Shown piece by piece: positions 37,188 through 44,034 of a stretch of 44,034 nucleotides of DNA. The stretch spans positions 1 to 44,034 of the forward strand of contig JBHLJY010000020.1 of assembly GCA_048887225.1 (NCBI GenBank). Direction: 5' to 3'. Position 1 is the first letter of the stretch. Every line of letters starts with the position of its first letter. This DNA comes from Candidatus Hodarchaeota archaeon. GTDB taxonomy: Archaea; Asgardarchaeota; Lokiarchaeia; Sigyniarchaeales; SOKP01. Both the position numbers and the translations under genes were made by a program. The notes under the pieces were generated by a model, which saw nothing but the letters and a program-made list of their open reading frames with translations, ran no database searches and was not told the DNA's origin.

Positions 37188-38588
37188 TTAAAGATTTAGT
37201 TCTCCTAACTTTTTTTTAATATTTTGAACTTTTTCGGGCTTAAGGTCATATATCTTCCACATACAGAGAAATCCAATAAAATAAAAGAAGGCCGGCACAG
37301 CAAACATACCAATAAGAATTCCCCACTGTGCTAGAATTGATTGAGTAGTGGCTTCTGGATTGAAGCGAGTGAGAGGATGGATTATTCCGAATGTTAAGGC
37401 CTGAATTACAATGGAAAGACGACCGAAAAAAGTTCTCAATCCGTAATAAACTCCCTCATCTCGTTTTTCCGTTTCAACTACAATTTCATCAATAACATCT
37501 GAAAAAGTAGGATATATCAGCGACCATGTCGCCCCCATTGAAAACCCAATTAGAACCATACATACCATTATTCCGTAAAAGTCTGTAATAAACATAGAAA
37601 TTATTAAAAAAATAGCGGTTCCTCCGGTCCCACACATATATCCAATCCGATTACCATATTTTCTACCAACTTTTATCCAGATTGGAGCTGAACACACGCT
37701 TGCTAAGAGAAATACTAATAAAAGAATAATTTCATCGATAGGATCAATCCCAGTTATGTATTGAGCCCAATAAGGGATAGAAGCAAGTAAAAGTACCATA
37801 ACAACTGTTTGTGCGAGATATGCAAAAAGATATGCCATGAAATTCTTTTGTTTAATGGCAAATTTCAATATCTTACCATAAGATTCACGTTCTGCTTTTT
37901 TCTCGGATATAAATGTACGATCTATCATAATTTTATCCTCGTGCATTCCGGGTATCATAATTAATACAGTGATGGTACTGATTATTGTTATAAATAAAGC
38001 TGCGATAATATATGAGTCTATATTAGTTCCAGGGGATCCAGTGGTAATGATAAGCAATGGAATTATCATCCCCAACGTCAATCCAAATAGGGAGAAAAGT
38101 ATTTGAATTCCGCCTACTTTAGTGCGCTCTTTTTGTGAACGGAATTTGTCAGGAAAAATCGCTTGCCAATTTATGGTCATAAACGAAAACAACATGTCAA
38201 AAACGCATAGGATTATTAATAGCCATAAGAAGATGATAATATCGTTACCTACTGGAGGTGTGAAAATAAAGAAGAAAAGTAAGGAACACGGGACAGCAGT
38301 TATAATGAACCAGGTAAATCTTTTGCCCTTGCTCTTCATGAATTGGATATTTTGATCAGAAATATGACCAGCAATAGGATCATTAATCATATTCCAGAAT
38401 CCATATAAAATAACTGCTAAAGTTATTAATGTGATAGGTAAGAAAACTTCTGTCTCATAAAATTTAAAAACCCACATACTTAAGACTGTAATAATAAAAT
38501 CATTGAAGAAACTGCCGAGAGCGTAAGATGTATGAATTTTTGTAGATGAGCCATATTCGAAGTTTTCTTTTTTATCTAATTGACTCAT
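37188..38588 (-). CDS. MFS transporter, GPH family
   Basis: WNMINDPIAGHISD, FSDVIDE, KRDEGVY; about 12 TM helices. Confidence 0.92.
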   Translation of the reverse strand: MSQLDKKENFEYGSSTKIHTSYALGSFFNDFIITVLSMWVFKFYETEVFLPITLITLAVILYGFWNMINDPIAGHISDQNIQFMKSKGKRFTWFIITAVPCSLLFFFIFTPPVGNDIIIFLWLLIILCVFDMLFSFMTINWQAIFPDKFRSQKERTKVGGIQILFSLFGLTLGMIIPLLIITTGSPGTNIDSYIIAALFITIISTITVLIMIPGMHEDKIMIDRTFISEKKAERESYGKILKFAIKQKNFMAYLFAYLAQTVVMVLLLASIPYWAQYITGIDPIDEIILLLVFLLASVCSAPIWIKVGRKYGNRIGYMCGTGGTAIFLIISMFITDFYGIMVCMVLIGFSMGATWSLIYPTFSDVIDEIVVETEKRDEGVYYGLRTFFGRLSIVIQALTFGIIHPLTRFNPEATTQSILAQWGILIGMFAVPAFFYFIGFLCMWKIYDLKPEKVQNIKKKLGELNL

Positions 38589-38620
38589 TTCAGTGCCTAT
38601 ATCTTAGTTTTTCTATAAAA

Positions 38621-39790
38621 TTATTTTAATGTTATAGTCTTAGCTGTAGCATATTTTTCTAACGCTCTCTCGTCAAGTTCTATCCCCCAGCCTGGACCCT
38701 CAGGTATTTTAGCCGTTCCTCCCTCGTAATTCAAAGGTATTGTAATGAGATCGTCTTCCATCATTTCGTCGCCAAAAAGTTCGGCGGCATAAGTAAAGGA
38801 ATGGTATCTAGCAACGGCTATATGGATGTGCATGGCCGAAGAAATACCAAGGGGTTGATCATGTATTACAGCACCAAGCCCTCGCTGTTCAGCATAATTT
38901 AAAGCTCTTAGGGCGTTTGTGACTCCTCCTGGGCGTGTGGAATTTAATCCGAGAACCCCCACAGCTCCCATCTCCACTAATGTAATAAAATCTCGCAATG
39001 TAAAAAAATCCTCGTGGGACATCAAAGGGGTATCCACACGCTTTTGTACATATGCTAGGCCAAGATAATCATTATTACGTACTGGTTGTTCGGCAAAATC
39101 AATACCAAACGGTTCAATTGCTTTGATGGCTCGAATTGCCTCATGAGGATTAGTATATGCTTGGTTATAATCAACGCGCAAATGCACTTTAGGACCTAAT
39201 ACCCGTCTTATTTTTTCACAAATTTCAACATCTTCTTGTATGCTATTTCCAAGCTTTAATCTAAAAGTTCGAAAACCTCTTTTGTAATAGCTTCTAGCAA
39301 TCCCCCTCATTAATATGGGATCAGCAAGTGGTATAAGAGCTGCGAGTGGGATCTCATCTATAGTTTTCCCTCCTATGAGATCATATACTGGTCGTTCCGT
39401 AATTTTTCCCATTAAATCGTAACATGCCATATCCAAAAGGCCTTTGCCAACATCATTTAGTGCCATATTAATATTCATCTTATATCGTATCTTCTCAACA
39501 TTGAAAGGGCTCTCACCTATAATATATCTAAATAGGTCATGCTTTATAGCGCTAATAATTTGATCAGGTGATATACCTGACTCAGGTAACCAAACGAATG
39601 ATTCTCCTACCCCAACATTTCCATCATCAGCAATGAGTTTACAAATAACAAAATCTCCTCCTAACCACGGCTCTTCTGCTGGGATAGCCATTCCTAAACC
39701 ACCTTTACTTTCCCCTAATACGCGTCTTACTTGTTTTTTGAAAGGGACATGTAGAGGTGTTAATTCTATCTGTGTTATTTTAGGCTTCAA
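38621..39790 (-). CDS. Mandelate racemase/muconate lactonizing enzyme (enolase superfamily)
   Basis: LDMACYDLMGK..ERPVYDLIGG; metal ligands in VDYNQ, AEQP and HED; PEGPGWGIE. Confidence 0.9.
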   Translation of the reverse strand: MKPKITQIELTPLHVPFKKQVRRVLGESKGGLGMAIPAEEPWLGGDFVICKLIADDGNVGVGESFVWLPESGISPDQIISAIKHDLFRYIIGESPFNVEKIRYKMNINMALNDVGKGLLDMACYDLMGKITERPVYDLIGGKTIDEIPLAALIPLADPILMRGIARSYYKRGFRTFRLKLGNSIQEDVEICEKIRRVLGPKVHLRVDYNQAYTNPHEAIRAIKAIEPFGIDFAEQPVRNNDYLGLAYVQKRVDTPLMSHEDFFTLRDFITLVEMGAVGVLGLNSTRPGGVTNALRALNYAEQRGLGAVIHDQPLGISSAMHIHIAVARYHSFTYAAELFGDEMMEDDLITIPLNYEGGTAKIPEGPGWGIELDERALEKYATAKTITLK

Positions 39791-39918
39791 ATATAAATCA
39801 TCTTATATTCTTTTTAAAAAATTATAAATTGAATTTAATTGATTATAATAATTCACTTTTAAATTAGGTATGGTATTGATCTAATAATCTTTTAATTGAA
39901 AAGAAATTAAAAAACAGA

Positions 39919-40173
39919 TTACCATTTTACTGTAATAGCTTTTTCAGGGCAGATAATAACACACTTGAAGCATCGGTTACAAACAGAGGGCCACACTGCT
40001 GTGACTTGCCAATGTTGCGGATCATTTACGTTTTCCTCTTTATATCTAAGATCCTCATGTTTTAAAAAGACACATGGATCGCACACATTAAGACATTTGC
40101 TGCAATCTCTAGGATCAACCTTCCCTTCTGGTCCGCATTTCGAATAATCGATTTTAATTTTTGTTTTACTCAT
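39919..40173 (-). CDS. Ferredoxin-like 4Fe-4S protein
   Basis: C...CSKCLNVC and CNRCFKCVIICP; GAGGTGA Shine-Dalgarno site. Confidence 0.85.
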   Translation of the reverse strand: MSKTKIKIDYSKCGPEGKVDPRDCSKCLNVCDPCVFLKHEDLRYKEENVNDPQHWQVTAVWPSVCNRCFKCVIICPEKAITVKW

Positions 40174-40186
40174 ACAATCACCTCAC

Positions 40187-41059
40187 TTAATAATGTCCGT
40201 TAAATCCAGGATATTCAATCCTAGGCATGAGGTTAAGAGCGTCATGCTTACAGGCATGGCGACAAACACCACATCCAAAACATTTATTATAATCTATAAT
40301 AACTCTATTTATTGAAGGAATAAACCGTATAGCGTTAAATTGACACATAGCGACACATGATTTACATCCCTGACATTTATCCTGATCAAGATTAATTATA
40401 TACTCTGCTTTATACATTACCATTAAATTAAAATCATTTCTCAAACGCATTGCACCGCATTCAGGACTTTCACAGTTACAAATGGCATTTATATAGGGGA
40501 CCGGTTGGTACCATGCAGTAGAAATAAATCCATTTTTGTTGTGTTCTTCAAGTCTTTCAATGGCGTCTTCACGTGATATTTTATACGCTCTTTCTTTCGG
40601 TAGAAACCTTGGAAGTTTCTCTATAACACCGGATAGCAAACCGAAGTTTATACAGGTTTGTCGCTTAACTCCACGTTGCATAAGTCTACACATGCAATAG
40701 TTCTCAATTATCGGTTCTGCAGCTAACTCAGACATAATTATTTTCGCATCTTCCAAAGGTATAACCTGTCCAAAATGGCCATCTGCTCTTATAGGTTTTT
40801 TCCTTCTAACCTCACCGTGAATCATCTTCTCAGCCATATTTCGAATAACTCTTCCTATAATAGGCATTTTGAGTTTATATCCCAAACCAATAGACGAGAA
40901 TCCCTTTATTTTTCTAATGAACACTGTTTCAAAATTTTTCCACTGTTCGGTTAGGTATTCTTCAAAATCTATATCCTCGTCAAGCTCATCAGCTAGATAA
41001 TTTTTGGCATTCATATACCATTTTTTACCAATACCATGCTTCATACACCATTTACACAT
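40187..41059 (-). CDS. 4Fe-4S dicluster domain protein
   Basis: N-terminal MCKWC..HG, CMCR and ICNC..C; C-terminal CQGCKSCVAMC and CFGCGVCRHAC. Confidence 0.88.
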   Translation of the reverse strand: MCKWCMKHGIGKKWYMNAKNYLADELDEDIDFEEYLTEQWKNFETVFIRKIKGFSSIGLGYKLKMPIIGRVIRNMAEKMIHGEVRRKKPIRADGHFGQVIPLEDAKIIMSELAAEPIIENYCMCRLMQRGVKRQTCINFGLLSGVIEKLPRFLPKERAYKISREDAIERLEEHNKNGFISTAWYQPVPYINAICNCESPECGAMRLRNDFNLMVMYKAEYIINLDQDKCQGCKSCVAMCQFNAIRFIPSINRVIIDYNKCFGCGVCRHACKHDALNLMPRIEYPGFNGHY

Positions 41060-41246
41060 TTAAGTCAACTTCCTTTTAACTCTCAATTCTAATTATTATT
41101 TACAAATATTGAATTTAACTTGTTTTAAATCTTTATGTTTCGTAATTAAAGTTTTAGATTTTATAGAGATTTATAAAAGCTAAAATTAGATTACACTGAG
41201 CTTCTTTAAACAATTGAAAACGTCGAATATTTTTTTTTCAAAAATT

Positions 41247-41825
41247 TTACTCAAGTTGTTTTGTACCAATTATACCCAGTATCAGTTTTGCGATTCCATT
41301 TATCAATAATGAAATTGAAAGCAAGAAGATAAGAATGATATAATCGAGAAATGGTAAAAGAAACGGTAATATAAAGATTACAATAGACAAGATTATTGTT
41401 GATATTCCTACTATCACGAGAAATACTCGAAACCACATTGGATATCCTTTAGTTGAAAGACCTACGGCAAATCTGACTATTCCAGTAAGTATTAATGCAA
41501 AAGCGAAGATTAAAATCAAAAGTTCAATTGCAACATTTGGTTCTGTTATTGTACTGAAAAATATTATTATTGCCAAGATTATCGCAAGAAGCCCTGTAAC
41601 AAATTTATACGTAGCTACTTCATTTTCAATTATTTCAATTGAAGATGCGTTGATTATTCGTACAATCCCAGATACAAAAAGGGCAATTGAAAGTATTGCT
41701 ATTAAAATTAGTAATATTATGTTTATAATGGATAATATCATGACTACTATCGATAAAATAATAATTGCTAAACCAAACAGCAAATTGGAGGTTTTTAATT
41801 TTTCATTACTTAATTTTTTTCCCAT
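41247..41825 (-). CDS. DUF308/HdeD-like six-TM membrane protein
   Basis: Repeated LFGLAIIIL / ALFVSGIVRI / ALILTGIVRF / LLINGIAKL helices. Confidence 0.8.
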   Translation of the reverse strand: MGKKLSNEKLKTSNLLFGLAIIILSIVVMILSIINIILLILIAILSIALFVSGIVRIINASSIEIIENEVATYKFVTGLLAIILAIIIFFSTITEPNVAIELLILIFAFALILTGIVRFAVGLSTKGYPMWFRVFLVIVGISTIILSIVIFILPFLLPFLDYIILIFLLSISLLINGIAKLILGIIGTKQLE

Positions 41826-42078
41826 TTTTAAGTCCTCTCTCTAATTCTTATACATTTTACAATAAATTATGATCATCTTTTCTTATATATTATTAATTAC
41901 TGATTTGTAAAAAATAATAAAATCTTATTTATAATTTTCTTTAATGGTTAAAGCTTTGGATCCAAATGATGATCTTTGCAAATTAATAGAATTGAGTAAG
42001 AAATGCGAAAATGTGCTATTGAAATCCAAAGAAAATAATTTATAAAACAATAGACAGATAAAAAAAAAATATTTTAGT

Positions 42079-42573
42079 TTATTTATCTGGGGCTTTTCTT
42101 CCCAGCCATTTTTCGTAGAATGTATCAATATCAGGCAGGAAGTTAAATACTGTTGGATAACCAGGCGGTACAGCCTCAACATCTAATAATGTAAAGCATC
42201 CTGGACAGAAATATTCTCTAAGTTCTTGCCAAGTAGGATCGCAACCCATATCTTTAGGATAAAGTTCCTCGATTGTTGCGAATGTATCTCGGATCCTAAC
42301 TCTACATTTTGTTTTCCAATTTTCTTTATAGTCTCCAAATTCATATCCACAGTCGCATTTTACAATTCTCTGACCATCTTTTAATACGATGTATAAATGC
42401 TCATGCAATGGCAAAACAATTTTTTCAGTCCAAGAAACACGGTCTTGTAGAATCTCTAATATCATTTCAAACCTTTCAGAATCTTTTCTTCCGCTTATGA
42501 TTGGTCTTAATTCTTCCCAAGATAAGTCTCCATCAACCATTCTTTCTAATGTTTTTTTATCATATTTTACCAT
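42079..42573 (-). CDS. acxC: Acetone carboxylase gamma subunit-like protein
   Basis: KDSERF...LQDRVSW..KIVLPLHEHLYIV, KCDCGYEFGDYKENWK, REYFCPGC, VEAVPPGYP, FLPDIDTFY. Confidence 0.9.
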   Translation of the reverse strand: MVKYDKKTLERMVDGDLSWEELRPIISGRKDSERFEMILEILQDRVSWTEKIVLPLHEHLYIVLKDGQRIVKCDCGYEFGDYKENWKTKCRVRIRDTFATIEELYPKDMGCDPTWQELREYFCPGCFTLLDVEAVPPGYPTVFNFLPDIDTFYEKWLGRKAPDK

Positions 42574-44034
42574 TTATTTCACCTCCATTCTGAAATTTTC
42601 TGGTAGATTCCAAAATTTAAGAAACTCTTTTGCCCATTTATCTGATAATTCAAGGCTCTCTTTATACATTATTTTTACTGGATTAATTAGTTGGTTTTCG
42701 GTTATTTTTTTCCTTTCTAGATCCCAAAATTCTTCAAATGTCATTGATTTTTCTCTTCGTTCATTTAACATCTCTTTACGTCGTTCTTTAGTAGAATTTT
42801 CATCAATTATCCATTCTTCTTTCTCATCATCATAATTCGCAACTACACCATAGATATTATATACTTTTTCTTCCGTATAAATCCCATCATTAAGGTCTTT
42901 TCTAACAGATTCCACTTTCCTTTCAAGAGGATCTCCATAACCAGGACCCCCGCTCATGCACCAATGAAATATGTCATAGTTCTCAAGAGATATTGGATAC
43001 ATTTGAGCATATGGTTTTCTTATGAATTCACCTTTTAACAAACGTTCGAATTCCCCATTTGCAGGGTCTGGATCCCAGAGTGGATAATCTTCTTGTTTTT
43101 CAAAGATTTCTTTTAAATTAGTGTTTTTTGCAATGAGTCTATATGCAGTAGGTTGAGGATATCCACCATGCATTCCTCCACCTCCGCTAAAAACCAAACC
43201 CTCTGCTATTCCAAAGAATTCTACATCTTTAGAATTAGCTACAAACGCAACACCTCCATAATTTGAACCCCCTCGATATTTTCCATGCCCAACATTATTA
43301 GGTTTTACTTTTCTTGCTAAATAAGGGACACCTCCTTGAAATAATTCCCATGTTTCCACATCACCGAGATCGGATTCTGGATTCCACATGGCATAGCCCC
43401 AATTCAGCCCGTCTTTTACAGCATTAGCTCCTAAACCTTGGCCACTAATCTCAAATGTTGAGAGCATCCATAATTTACCTTCTAATGGTCCTGTTTCATA
43501 GGTACCTCCTCCTTGGATGGCATCTCTTGTTAATCCATATCCAGGAAAAACTTCTTCTCTATAACCACGTGAAAATAATCCATAAGAAAGACATTTCATC
43601 ATACATGAATATGCAGGAATTAAATTTGCCCAAGGATTCTGATAAGATAAATAAGGATCTCCAGGATTAGCCCATGATCCCTTTGGAAAATAATTACTTA
43701 TGGCAAAATGAGCGCCATCATTAACTTTATCTCCATAAATTAAGATTTGTGTTAATAAAACCCAAGTGGCTCCAGCCAATGCTCCGATACCACAGTTAAT
43801 TGCATTTGAACCACAAGCACTAGCTCCATCGAGAGAAAGATTTAATTTTCCATCTTCATCAGCAATAATTTCCATCGGTTGGTTATATGCTTTATTAACT
43901 TTAGCTCTAGGTTGCCATGCTTCCCATTCACCAACTTGATCGATAAAAGATGTTGCTCTATATCTTCCTGGAATTAAACGTTCTTTTACTCTTTCTTTAA
44001 ATATTCTTTTTCCTTCTTCAATAACTTCACGTAT
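42574..44034 (-). CDS. acxB: Acetone carboxylase alpha subunit-like (hydantoinase B/oxoprolinase family); 5' end lies outside the window
   Basis: Frame is open to the window end (IREVIEEGKR...ERLIPGRYR); WNPESDLGDVETWE, GHGKYRGG, GGPGYGDPLER. Stop codon abuts the gamma-subunit ATG. Confidence 0.88.
   Translation of the reverse strand: MREVIEEGKRIFKERVKERLIPGRYRATSFIDQVGEWEAWQPRAKVNKAYNQPMEIIADEDGKLNLSLDGASACGSNAINCGIGALAGATWVLLTQILIYGDKVNDGAHFAISNYFPKGSWANPGDPYLSYQNPWANLIPAYSCMMKCLSYGLFSRGYREEVFPGYGLTRDAIQGGGTYETGPLEGKLWMLSTFEISGQGLGANAVKDGLNWGYAMWNPESDLGDVETWELFQGGVPYLARKVKPNNVGHGKYRGGSNYGGVAFVANSKDVEFFGIAEGLVFSGGGGMHGGYPQPTAYRLIAKNTNLKEIFEKQEDYPLWDPDPANGEFERLLKGEFIRKPYAQMYPISLENYDIFHWCMSGGPGYGDPLERKVESVRKDLNDGIYTEEKVYNIYGVVANYDDEKEEWIIDENSTKERRKEMLNERREKSMTFEEFWDLERKKITENQLINPVKIMYKESLELSDKWAKEFLKFWNLPENFRMEVK

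Noticed and set aside
41944-42045. 33-aa ORF MVKALDPNDDLCKL... and a C-box-like ATGATGA
   Set aside because: No recognisable motif or ribosome-binding site, and no matching CTGA D box, so neither a peptide nor a C/D sRNA is supported.

Overview
AT-rich archaeal chromosomal DNA, most consistent with an Asgard archaeon (Lokiarchaeia-like). Support for this comes from ribosomal protein L13e, MtrH, an archaeosortase, UPF0147, and many eukaryotic-signature proteins: small GTPases, longin and roadblock domains, and profilin. I found no rRNA, tRNA, CRISPR or mobile element. The left end holds a >1713-aa secreted papain-family peptidase with beta-helix repeats that the ORF track misses. The middle holds threonine biosynthesis genes and housekeeping enzymes, and the right end a catabolic cluster ending in acetone-carboxylase-like subunits. 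The strongest signal is a dispersed set of genes resembling the eukaryotic Rag/folliculin/GATOR1/Ragulator nutrient-sensing machinery. It comprises three Rag-like GTPases and one Rab-like GTPase; three of the four carry an N-terminal folliculin/SMCR8-type longin (uDENN) domain. Two of those longins keep the D-x-x-x-R-G arginine-finger loop and one has lost it. A longin-winged-helix protein with NPRL2-like architecture and a zinc-ribbon-roadblock protein are also present. All family assignments were made by eye from motifs and recalled reference sequences; no searches were run.
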